DNA of 64,000 nt from Azolla caroliniana (lineage: Eukaryota > Plantae > Polypodiophyta). The stretch's first letter is position 1. Each line of letters begins with the position of its first letter. Below are positions 51,410 through 63,170 of this stretch, piece by piece. The notes beneath the pieces were generated by a model, which was not told the DNA's origin, did no database searches, and was given only the letters and a program-made list of their open reading frames with translations. The stretch spans positions 5,332,001 through 5,396,000 of the forward strand of contig JBHGNT010000017.1 in the NCBI GenBank assembly GCA_043228905.1. Reading direction: 5' to 3'. A program made the translations under genes and the position numbers.

Positions 51410-54169
51410 TATACAACCCTTAAACCAAAGCAAGTTGATCCCAAACTTGCATACTCCTTTTAAGATTTTCTTGAGGCTTGTAAAAACATAAAAGAATCAT
51501 TTGCCAATGCTTGTGCCACCGATTGTCCACCAGAAGGAAGATGCAAACCCACAATATCACCACTAGCCGCAAGATTTGACAACATTACTAGCAAAGGATG
51601 TGTAACAATAGCAAATAACAATGGGCTTAGTGGACATCCTTGCCGCACGGATCTAGTAAGAAACACTTTCGGAGTGACTCCGCCACTAAGCATCACATGG
51701 GAGGTTGCATTTTGCCCTAGCAAAAAGATAAGTCGACACATACGAGGACCAAACCCCATATTATACATCACACTTGAGAGGAAAGACCAATTAACATGAT
51801 CACATGCTTTTTCCAAATCTAATTGCACCATAACCATTTCTTGATGTGTATGTCGAGCATAATCAATCGCCATTTGAACATTCAAAACATTATGCAATAT
51901 ATTTCTACCTGTAATAAAACCATACTGAGATGGATGAATAAGTTGAGGTAAGAACTTCTTAAGTTTGTTGGATAATATCTTTGCAAACACTTTGTACAAC
52001 CCTCCCATCAATGAAATAGGCCTCCATTGATGAAATGATTCCGGAGATGGTACCTTTGGTATCAATTTGATTAAGCCCACCTTCCAGCTCTCAGGCATGA
52101 AACCAAAATCCCAACATTGTTGAAACATTTGTGTGAATGGACTCTTAAGCATGCTAGCATACTTCTTTAAAACTTCATTTGTAATACCATCCTAGCCAGG
52201 GCTTTTACCATTTGGAAGGTGTAACAATACCTTTTCCACCTCAGCTTCTTCAAAATCAGCATCCAATTCTTGACAAATATTTGTATTCACGGCACTCCCA
52301 ATTACATTATAAAACTCTTGTTGTGCTTTCAAGTCATCCTCGTTAATAATAAACTCTGGCCCAATCAAATTCTTAAAATGAGTAATACATAACTCAATAA
52401 CCTTGACTGGGTCTACAACAATGTCATCCCCTATCTTAATTTGTACCACATTTGAACGAGCATATGGTGGTCTTAATCCTTGAAAAAACATATGAGATTG
52501 TGATTGATTATCTATAAATCCCTCCTTTAATTGACGTAGTCTTGTTTGTTGATAACTTTGACAAGATAAATTCTTCACAATGTCCTGTACTTGAACTTGA
52601 ACATTCAAAAGCTCTTCATCATGTGGATTATTCATCAATAGTACAATGCACCGCGTAAGAATATATGAAAACTTATCAATCAATTTCTTACGTCTTTTAG
52701 CATTAGTCATACCATACATATGATGAATATCATTGATGTTTTGTAGTGTTGTATCCCATGCATGCCATCCTTTTGAAATAACTTGTTCTGAAAACATGCC
52801 AAAAATTTGTTGCATATAGGCATCAAATAAAGAATGTAATAATAAAGAAGAATTAAACCTCAAAGGAACTCGTTGAAGCAATGTTTTGTACATATCTACC
52901 CCATGTTTATTAAACTCAAAACATATGGGAAAATGATCCGATGTCACAACCTCTTGCATAATTGACATATTAAGCATCTTTGACAAAACGAACTCATCAT
53001 GCATAACATACATTCTATCTAACCTACTCCATGTTTCCTTGTATTGCATAGACTGAAATGTAAACCCAACCTCATCTTGATGCAACCATTTCCATACATC
53101 CAACTTCAAAACCTCTGATGCCAATTTGTCCCAAACTGCTTGCTCAGGAGAATCCATCAATGAGAATCGTGAAGTAGATTGTGAAGCATCAACACACATT
53201 AAAATCACCCATTAACAAACCCACATGTCCCACTAATAACCATGGATACATTGAAGACCATAACTCAATACGTTGATTAGCATTATTGGGTGCATAGATT
53301 CCTACCAACCATATCAAATCCTCAAAATACTTGACTTCCATCACCAAAAAACGTCCATATGAATCATTATAGACTATATGTGGACAAAACGAATCACGAA
53401 TAATCATGACAACCCCTAAATAATGATGTGATAACTATCCTGCATAATATGCGGAATATCCATGCAAATGTAACACATATCCTGGTATATCATGGCACTT
53501 ATGTTCAACTACACATAAAACATCCCAATCTTTATCAAATAAAGTTTTCCATAATATATATTTCTTATGAGGAGAAGATGCCCCTCTCACATTCCATGAT
53601 ACCACTTTCATTTAACACCTTTGGTAAGAACTTGCTCTTTATGAGCAAGTGTATTCATGAATGTACTAACTACTTGTTCAAGAGCTGCATAAGGATTTGT
53701 GTGTACTACATCCTCTCCACCAATATTAGGGCTTTGTTGTCTAGGTCCACGAGAACGAAGTCCTTGATTTAATTGAGGTCGTACCACCCTTCCTAAAGAA
53801 TCGAATTGTAATTGGTTGGACAATCTCTAATTTCGCACTTGTTTCTACCAAGGATTTTTCTTAAACCCCTCATTCAATCTCAAATTATCTTTTGGTAATG
53901 TCGTACCATAAGTATTTTTTTATTCCCTTTGTATGGCAACATCCTTCCCTTTTATCTTATGCTTCACTTGATGCCACTCTCCTCTAACATAAGAAATCAA
54001 CCTTGTAATAGTGCATTTTGCTTGTTATGCATTAATTGGCTCCTCTAACTTACAAAATCAACCTTCTAATAGGGCATAGATTGGATTGCAATTATTGTGC
54101 ATTTAATTGGAGGGCTTATTTATGAGGGATTTCTTTCCTAGTGCTTTGCCATACCTAATGAATGGAGAG

Positions 54170-54352
54170 ATAGAAACAATGTTTGGAACATAGTTTGAAT
54201 TTTTGTTGGTATTTTTGTTGTTTTTGAATGTTTGGAACATAGTTTCAATTTTATTTGATGTATTTGTTTTTTATCTGGATTTTGACCTCTATAAAAAGCA
54301 CACTTAATAGAATGACACACTTAAGAGGACACACACTTAACCAAATGGTTAC
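54170..54352. mobile_element. Right-end fragment of a second copy of the 25796-26914 MITE family
   Basis: TTTGGAACATAGTT..GATTTTGACCTCTATAAAAAGC.CACTTAATAGAATG..CACTTAAG..ACACACTTAACC.AATGGTTAC matches 26770-26912. Confidence 0.85.
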
Positions 54353-57300
54353 ACAACATTCATTCATTGTCATCATGATGGTAGATGCACATGCTTACAA
54401 AACACATCAGTTTGATTAGGTGAAAGATAGTGCATCATCCAATAGACACTAGGTAAATATAAGTTGTGTAATGCTAATTGGTTTTTTGAATTGTTTGATT
54501 CAACAAAGATATCCATGTGGTCATCTTAGTGAGTCGACCTAATTAGGTTATATAGCATGGTTTACTATTGTTAGAGATGCATGCACATTGCTTTAGCCCT
54601 TCATTCGCTATCACATAACATGCTTGTTTATGCGTTCACGCATGTTCTCAAGGTTTCCACCTAATCTTTTTTTTTGTTACGGATATCCATTCATTAGTAG
54701 AAAGCAATTTACATTATTTAGATTCTCAAGTGACCGGTGGAGGAAAAGGTTGCCACCTAATCTTGAGGTTTCTCTCTAGTAATATAAATTGTTACAACTA
54801 GAAAAAAAAAACCTAGGTGATATGGTAATGCTTAAAGCTCTACAAATATCACTTTAATCAAGCAAGTCAATCATTCTAAGTTTTGTCAGAGAACTAGTTT
54901 GTTCAAATTGGAACTTTATTTTTTGCATATAAAATATCTATTAACCTCTCGTGGGGCACATATTTTAAGTGAGAGGAATGTATGTATCTTCCATGAAAGC
55001 ACAAGTTCCCGCGTTGATGGGGAGGTGGAGCATACTTAGGTTGGTAGTGCTCACAAATGTAATGGACCTATTTTCATCAATGTTATCTCACTATTTATTA
55101 AATTCTCATAAATCTTACTAGTTTGTTGGATTGGGATTGCTTTATTTGAGCCTTTCATTACAAATATGTAGTTAAATTTGTACAATTGAGGCCTTTCTAT
55201 TGTAAAGGAATGGGTGGTAGCAAAAAGTTAGAATTGGAGAATCAACCAGTCAGCGCATGGGAATGCTTTCACATAGACAAATTTATACATGGGCCTACCA
55301 TATGTTTTAAAGAGCAATCAAAAGGTGATTCTCTTCATATGTTGATAAAATGGTCACACATGGAAAACCAACCATAATTATGTTTACAAGAAATTAATAA
55401 ATTTTCACGGTTGATGTAGTGTTTGTAGCAAAAGATAGTGTTACATCATGTGTTGAGTTGGGTATAGGATATGGTAGCATTATGGTATGCATCATGACGA
55501 TGATGAGCATATGGATGAAATCTAGTTGGTTGTGTTGGAGGGGAGAGCATTGGAATAGCATTTGTGTATTGGGTACTCACTTTTCCTTTTCTTCCTTTTG
55601 TTTTATTCTTTCCATAAGTATAGACTTACCAACTAGTTTCCTTTTATTCTTTTAAACCTTGCTAGATCTTGAGAGTAACGCCAAGTGCGTCTTTGTCCCA
55701 ACTAGAGTTATACCTCTCTACTGAGGTTGTGTTGTTGGATCAAGTTGTTGTCTAGTCAATTGTTGCTGACATGGGTAAGAATGGTCATCAATCATTCCTC
55801 GATACTAATGGTCAAGCTAATGACTCAAACGAACCTTGCTAAACTCTTTCACAAGATAATTCATTAATAGACAGACAAGTTAATTAATTTAAGAGTTTAT
55901 TCAATATACCTAAACAATTTAATTAAGATGAACATGCACTTAGAAACATCCATGCTTCTATAAATCAAGGAGCTCACACTATTACAAGTTATTAGTGCAA
56001 AGGTTAGAGTAAAGCATGTAGTGAGCAAAGAAGCATTGGATAGGCCAAAAAGTTGGCAATTATGTTTTCTATCTTTTAAGTGCAATGATCTTCATCCTCT
56101 TTCACATAATGGGGGACACAAAACCCTTTCCTAGGTTCTATGTGTTCTCCCTTTAGGTACTTAACATCCCCTCCCTGAACCTAATGAGTGCACATTCCTA
56201 GATGCATTATTTCACACACCTTCCAATGATGTATAATCATGGGGTGGTGGAGGTCATGGTCATGTTGCGGAAAAGATGGAGAGAAGGTAAGGTGGAATTT
56301 GAGATCTTTAGACCTAGTGATAATGGAGTAATTTTGGGGGTTAGTTGACTTGGATGAGGTAGCCAGAAAAGGGAAATGATGATGGTCAAAGAGGTGAAGC
56401 GAAATAGGGGAGAAAAGGACAAGACAAACACAAAAGATGGGAGGGGTTGAAAAGGAGGGTTATGGGGAAACAAAAATAGAGAATGCGGATTAAGATGGAA
56501 GGTAAAAAAAGAGAATGGGCAATGAAGACAATAAAGAATCGAAGTGACGGGGAAATGATATTGTTGAAGGAAAGAGCAATGGTATGATAAGAAATCTGAG
56601 GTGGAATGAGGTAAAATTCTATGTTATGAGTGGGAGGTCAAGGGTCCGAGTCCAATTTGATTTTTTGCTAGCATTACGCAATAGAGAAAAAGTAGAGCAT
56701 GCAAGTGGGAAAAAAACGAATGCATGCTAAATAAGAAATTTAAAAATAGCGCCAACTATTTTTATTTGTGAGAGATCCTCTCGGATCTTATAAAAGAGTG
56801 AGGAGAGCTCATTGTTTACGGGGGGGTGTTTCGAAACGAGGCGGAAGCGTTGTTGGAATCTTGAGAGACCTTAGGGTTGCAAATCAAGATGGTGTGCAAG
56901 ACCAACAACGACGAACAACAACATGGTCTTCATTTGTTGGGACTTGCACCGAAACCCGAGGCTCTTTCCCTCTACTTGCGATATTTTCTTCTCCATTTAC
57001 TCCTACCTACTTACATTTCTTTTCGTCTTCTTTACCACTCCATGGATTAGAACCGAGGATTTTCTTGTTGTATTTGCTCGTGCTACCTACGATTTTTTAA
57101 ATAAATACATTCAGATATCTTTTTCAAATCCTTGTTTGAATTTTTCGTGGTAAAACAAGAAATGCGTTGGATTTTCCAACTCAAAATTTTGAGTCTGGGA
57201 AACAAAGTTACATGACTTTGACCAAATCGACGTATACTGGATCATTGAATTGTCTCACTCGAAAACTTGTCTCATCAACACAAAGACTTCCCCTCGAGAG

Positions 57301-57952
57301 TCATGATAGATTTTTTGGATCTCAATTCCAACCCTTTTCAAGTACAGGGAATCCGAGATCCATGTTTTTCAGTTATAATGTATAGTGAACCATCTTTATT
57401 ACATAAATTTGGCAACTTACCCTGCCCTAGATTGTGTTTGTCCCACTTGCTCATAGCCTACCTTAAAATCTTCCGTCTTCTTTTCCATAAGGCAACCTCT
57501 AACCCATAGGTGGTTTGCTCAAACTCTTAGAAACTAGATTGAGCTTTTCTCACTTTGGCTTCTTAGAGCCTTCATGTTAAAGTAAACGTGCGGAAGCTTA
57601 TGATACAAAACCGCCTGTACCGGGTAACAACAAAATATTGAGAAGAAAGGTTTAATAGAGACCTTACGCAGGGGAGAGACAGAGAGAACAGAAAGCTAAA
57701 AGTTAATTCAAAATAATAACACTCTGTACATAGAATGTGCTTAGAGAGAACTTCTATACAAGTCCATAGAGGACTGACAGAAGTATTGACAGGTACTTCA
57801 ATGCTCATACGAGCGACTGACACTGACTCCCAAAAATATGCCTATGTACTAGGCTAGATCCGTAGGCCTCTAATGGCCTACCAGTTTCAATCTGATCCAA
57901 CTCATAGTTCTGTATACCGATCCGGCTCTGGCTTATTTAGCCGATCGGGATC

Positions 57953-60900
57953 TGTTGAGCTGCAAGCTCAACCGGAGCCGGATCGGCTGAATAAGCCGGA
58001 GCCGGTGAGCGAGACGGATCGGGCGAAACGGATCGGTATGACGGTGAGCAACCGAACCGGCAAGCAGTGGAGGCCGGGTGCAATCCATAACCGGCAGTCC
58101 AATCGGAAGCCTAGTATAGGATAGACTACTAGGTAGCTATAGTCTCGTAGTAAGTGTCAAATGCTCGTGTGAGCATTGAAGTACATGGTACTTCTGTCAG
58201 TCCCAAGAGGACTTGTATAAATAGTGCTACTTAGCATAGTGTATAAAGTAAGTCTTGATATAATTTTGAAATTGCGTTCTGCTCTCTCTGTCTCTCTCGC
58301 TCTCTCTCTCTCTCTCTCTATGTTGTTCTCTGTTTTACGCTTCCGCAAACACTTACGTTTACATGGTATCAGAGCGCGAGGGTTGAGAACCTCTGCTGCA
58401 GACATTTACTCTTGAGAAGAAAACCCTAACAGGTCGAAAACAGACACAGTAGAAGACATGGATAGAGGCATGGCTACGTCGCTCCCGGTGGAAAAGCTCG
58501 ACAGGAGCAACTACGCATCCTGGTCTTACAAGATGCACCAGTACCTGCTTGGACACGGGTACTGGAGTTATATCGAAGGAGCGAATGATGTGGCGCCAGA
58601 CTCGGCACACAAGGACTTCCCGGTATGGGAACAGGCGGCAAGCAGGGTGATGTACTGCTTCGCATCCAGTGTCGGCGATCAGCTGCTCAGCCACATCCGT
58701 GACGCCAAGACACCGAAGGATGCTTGGGGGAACCTGAAAAAGGTTTTCGTCGTCGGTCAGATTGTCGACCAAGGGATGCAGGTGCGGTTTACGCACCTCG
58801 GGTGCTTCATTGAGGATGAAGAGCGAAGTCTTCGACTGTTTCCGGAGCCTCCAGAAGATGGTGGAACGGGAATCGGAGAGGAAGATCAAATGCCTTCGGT
58901 CGGATGGCGGAAAGGAATATTTTTCTGGCCAATTCACTAGTTATCTGCAGCAGAAGGGAATTCGGCGAGAGTTCAGCTGCAGATACACACCGGAGCAAAA
59001 CGGTGTGGCCGAAAGGAAGAACCGGACACTCGTCGAAGTAGCAAGGACAATGCTGGAGGAGAAGAGCATGCCCCGGTTCTACTAGGCGGAGGTGGTCCAA
59101 ACGGCCGTCTACATACAAAACTGCATTGGTGACAAGGTGTCAGCTCATGAGCTATATTTCGGGCGCAAGCCGAACTTAAGACACCTTCGGATATTCGGCA
59201 ACATAGCGTATGTGCATGTGCCGGATCAGAAGCGGAGGAAGCTGGATGCAAAATCAGAAAAATGCATCCTAGTAGGCTATGCTCAAGAGCAAATGGGGTA
59301 TAAGTGCTATAACCCCCGGACGAAGGAAGTCCGAGTTAGCCGGGATGTCGGGTTCGACGAATCGGCATCCTGGTACTCCGTACCGACTCCGACTTCCGAT
59401 CCCGACCCAATGCCGGAAGATCAGGCCAGTGAGCCTGAATCAGCCTTGGAAGAGGATGATGAAGCCGGGACTCAAGATGAGAGTCCGGAATCGTTTCGGT
59501 TGAGTGGACCGAACGAGCGACTGAGTCAGTTGGACCAGTCGGATGAAGAGACGGCAAGTGGTGGAGACTCTCCCTTGCTCTCCCCGCGCAAGGAACCGAG
59601 GAAAACGGTTCACGCGCAAAGAGAAGGGGAAGAGGAAGATGCCGGAATTCGAAACCGGCAACGATGAGTCGGATCGGTGCGTATCCGACTCCGGAAAGGA
59701 GAAAGGCAGATCTTCGGTAACGAAGACCGAACTGGCCAAGAAGGGCCTCAAATCAGGTGACGGTGCGTTGCGCCGATCAACCCGTCAGAAGGATCCCGTC
59801 GTGCGGTACGGGTACAATGAATACATGGCGCATCATTATGCGTACATGACTAAGGTGACAGAAGTGCGTGAGCCGGAGAGCTACGCAGAAGCAGCAAGGG
59901 ACGCAAATTGGCGTGCCGCTATGGACGAAGAAATGCGGGCACTCGATGCCAACGAAACTTGGGACCTAGTTGATCCTCCCTGTCACTGTAAACAGATCGG
60001 ATGCAAGTGGGTGTACAAGGTCAAGTACAACGCCGACGGTTCTGTTAACCGGTACAAACCCGGCTAGTGGCGAAGGGATATGCGCAGACCGACGGAATCG
60101 ACTACTACGAGACCTTCGCTCCTGTGGCGAAGATGACGACGGTTCGTGTGGTACTGGCGGTTGCTGCGGCAAGGGGGTGGCATCTTCACCAGATGGATGT
60201 GAAGAACGCCTTTCTTCAAGGAGAGCTTGAAGAAGAAGTCTTCATGACTCAGCCCCCCGGATTTCAATCGGAGATGAACAAATCGGTGGTATGCCGACTG
60301 AAGAAGTCGCTTTACGGCTTGAAGCAAGCCCCCCGAGCTTGGAACGCGAAGATCACGCACCGGTTGCGTAAGCTGGGGTTTGTTGTCTCTAAGTCAGACT
60401 CTTCGTTGTTCATCCGGCAAGGCTCTGACGGTCCGGTATGTATACTCTTGTATGTGGATGATTTAGTCATCACCGGACCGGGTCTTCCCGAAATCAACCG
60501 CGTCAAGTCCCAGTTGTCGGACGCATTCGAAATGAAGGACCTGGGGGACCTTCATTATTTTCTTGGGATCGAAGTGATCCGGGCCCCCGAAGGCATATTG
60601 CTCTCACAACGACATTACGTGTTGAATATGCTGTATAAGTTCGGCATGACGGATTGCCGACCTGTCTCCACACCCCTGGACCGGAACCAGAAGCTCCGTC
60701 CCAACTCCGGACCGGCCTGCAATGAGAAACGGTTCTGACAGGTTGTCGGAAGCCTGATCTACTTAACCATAACCCGACCCAACATCAGCTATCCGGTCGG
60801 CATGGTAAGCCAGTTCATGCAGAAGCCGACCATGGAGCACCTTCAGTGCGCGCAACGAATATTACGGTATGTCAGCGGCACTAAGGACCGGGGACTGCTA

Positions 60901-62475
60901 TACCGGCGAGGTATACCCAAAGAGCTTGTCGGTTACACAGATGCTGATTGGGCCGGCGATGCGTCTGATCACCGCTCCACTTCCGGATACATGTTCTCCA
61001 TAGGTAGTGCGGCTGTTGCGTGGAGCAGCAAGAAGCAGCCCACAGTGGCTTTGTCAAGCACTGAGGCTGAGTACCGGGCCGCTACCGTTGCCACCTGTGA
61101 AGCCATCTGGCTTCGGCGACTGCTGCGAGACATGCGGATCGAGGTACCGACCCTGATCCCGATTTACTGCGATAACATGAGCAGCCTGCAGCTCGCTAGG
61201 AACCCTGTGTTCCATGCTCGCACAAGGCACATCGAGGTGCACTACCACTTTGTGCGTGAGCGGGTCCTGAACGGTGAAGTTGACCTACGGTATGTTCATA
61301 CGGATCGGCAAGTTGCCGACATCTTCACCAAGCCGCTCGGATCGGACAAGTTGCAGCAATTTACCGACATGCTTGGTATTCAGCATCTCGACGTGCCGCA
61401 CTTGAGGGGGAGAAGCAAGGGCAAAGTCTCTACCGAAACGTGCAAAGGAAAAAAACCTGTTGAACCCGTCGGTAAGAGGAGAGCCGGAAGAAGAGGAGAC
61501 AAGAAGCTGAAGGAAGTCGAGTCGAAGAAGGAAGTCGACACATCCGAACAGGTCGGAGCAAGCGGCTGTGAAGAAGAGTTGTGCACTCAGGAAGAGAAGC
61601 GCATGTTGTGCGGAGGTCATCACGACGGTACTAACCATGATACAGAGTCGAATGAAGAATTCGATTTCGGTTCACCAGCTGAAGAAGCCGAGGGAAGCAT
61701 GGAGAAGGCCAGGACTCGGAAGTGGTCCGATGTGGTGAGAGGCCTGACGCCGGAAGTCGAATCGGAGTGTACCGATTCGGACAAGAGCTGGAACGAGTCG
61801 GAGACAGCTGACTCGGATCAACAGATGGATCCGGATAAGACGGATCGACTGAAGGCCAAGGGGACACGGACACAACGGAAGTCGATGCCATTGTGGGAGA
61901 ACCGACGGATCGGCAAGCGCCGGAGTCACAGCAACGTGAGTGCTGAGATGGGCCTATTGAGCAGACATGCCGACCGAGAGGGTCGAGGCGTGCAGAACCA
62001 AAGGGGTCGCAGCAAACAGGACCGGACCGGACGAGGAGCGCGAGCAAGGCAGAGTGACGCCAGGAGAAGTCGGTTGGAAGAACCGACTGCCACAAAGGTC
62101 GACACTACGACCCCACCTCAGGTTGAGCTTGAGGGGGAGTGTTGAGCGGCAAGCTCAACCGGAGCCGGATCGGCTGAATAAGCCGGAGCCGGTGAGCGAG
62201 ACGGATCGGGCGAAACGGATCGGTATGACGGTGAGCAACCGAACCGGCAAGCAGTGGAGGCCGGGTGCAATCCGTAACCGGCAGTCCAATCGGAAGCCTA
62301 GTATAGGATAGACTACTAGGTAGCTATAGTCTCGTAGTAAGTGTCAGATGCTCGTGTGAGCATTGAAGTACATGGTACTTCTGTCAGTCCCAAGAGGACT
62401 TGTATAAATAGTGCTACTTAGCACAGTGTATAAAGTAAGTCTTGATATAATTTTGAAATTGCGTTCTACTCTCTC

Positions 62476-62520
<45 letters not shown>

Positions 62521-62562
62521 GTTGTTCTCTGTTTTACGCTTCCGCAAACACTTACGTTTACA
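57953..62562 (+). mobile_element. Internally deleted Ty1/copia element; LTRs 57953-58363 and 62140-62562
   Basis: TGTTGAG..TTTACA LTRs, TSD GGATC (57948-52 and 62563-67), PBS 58364-58375, PPT GAGGGGGAG 62131-62139. gag N-terminus from 58458 is fused to later pol. Integrase core, RT (YVDD) and RNase H present with stops at 59083 and 60736 and frameshifts near 59620 and 60060. Confidence 0.97.
60802..62145 (+). CDS. Copia RT C-terminus/RNase H with ~245-aa in-frame charged C-terminal extension ending inside the 3' LTR (part of a defective polyprotein)
   Basis: GYTDADWAG..WSSKKQ..CDN..HARTRHIEVHYHF..ADIFTKPL, then HLRGRSK..KWSDVVRG..SWNES..PQVELEGEC*. Confidence 0.75.
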   Translation: MVSQFMQKPTMEHLQCAQRILRYVSGTKDRGLLYRRGIPKELVGYTDADWAGDASDHRSTSGYMFSIGSAAVAWSSKKQPTVALSSTEAEYRAATVATCEAIWLRRLLRDMRIEVPTLIPIYCDNMSSLQLARNPVFHARTRHIEVHYHFVRERVLNGEVDLRYVHTDRQVADIFTKPLGSDKLQQFTDMLGIQHLDVPHLRGRSKGKVSTETCKGKKPVEPVGKRRAGRRGDKKLKEVESKKEVDTSEQVGASGCEEELCTQEEKRMLCGGHHDGTNHDTESNEEFDFGSPAEEAEGSMEKARTRKWSDVVRGLTPEVESECTDSDKSWNESETADSDQQMDPDKTDRLKAKGTRTQRKSMPLWENRRIGKRRSHSNVSAEMGLLSRHADREGRGVQNQRGRSKQDRTGRGARARQSDARRSRLEEPTATKVDTTTPPQVELEGEC

Positions 62563-63170
62563 GGATCCAGTTGATCTTGCTCTCTCAACACTCCCCCTCA
62601 AGCTCAACTTGAGGTCGGATCATTGTGTCAGTATCTGTGATGGCCGATTCTTCTGTCCGACTTTTACTGGCGTCCTCCCTCCATGCTTGCACTCCTCGTT
62701 CGGTCTGGTTCCACTTCCCGCGACCCGTCCAGTTTTGCGCACCTCCACCTCCTTGGTCGGCTTGTCTGCTCCACAAGCCCACCTCAACTCCTTCAGTACC
62801 GTGAGTCCGGTGTTTGTCAACTCGTCCTTTCCTCCGTATCGGCGTCGACTTTTGTTGCCTCCTCATCTGTCTGGCTTCGAGGTGATCTGGCTCATCCGAA
62901 TCAAACACCTCTTTCGAATTGGGTGCATCTGATTCATTCCAACTCATGTCTGGATTGGCTGTCTCCAATCCGACTCCCCTTTTCCGGCCTTTCACAACAT
63001 CAGACCATGTCCAAGTCTTGGCCTTCTCCTTCCGGTCGGCTCTATCCTTTTTGACTCTGCCGTCATCACCGCTTGTTTCGACTTGTTTAGATATGTCGAC
63101 TCTTCCAGTTGACTCAACGTCCTTTTTCTTCTTATCTCCCCCTGTCTTGGTTCTTTCCTCTCCGGCCCCT

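Larger units (their letters stand above)
44338..53960 (-). mobile_element. Degenerate near-full-length L1-type LINE, split by the copia insertion at 46054-51409
   Basis: Endonuclease motifs GIYAPNN, MGDFN, WSRLDRMY, SDHFPI (53400-52920). RT motifs WRPISL, QLDLEKACD, VRQGCPLSPLLF and decayed LANDS (52150-51460). Continues past the insertion with RHLGYPLG (45977-45117) and zf-RVT CFFC..HRFITCP (45060-44746). Outer limits are approximate. Confidence 0.92.
57575..63170 (-). mobile_element. 3' end of a copia element: 3' LTR 57575-57952 plus 62568-62590, PPT 62591-62600 and Pol C-terminal extension 62585-63170; hosts two later insertions
   Basis: TGTTAAA(57575)..TCAACA(62590) followed by CTCCCCCTCAAG (minus-strand PPT). 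ORF 62585-63202 is homologous to the C-terminal part of ORF 60802-62145. Confidence 0.85.
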
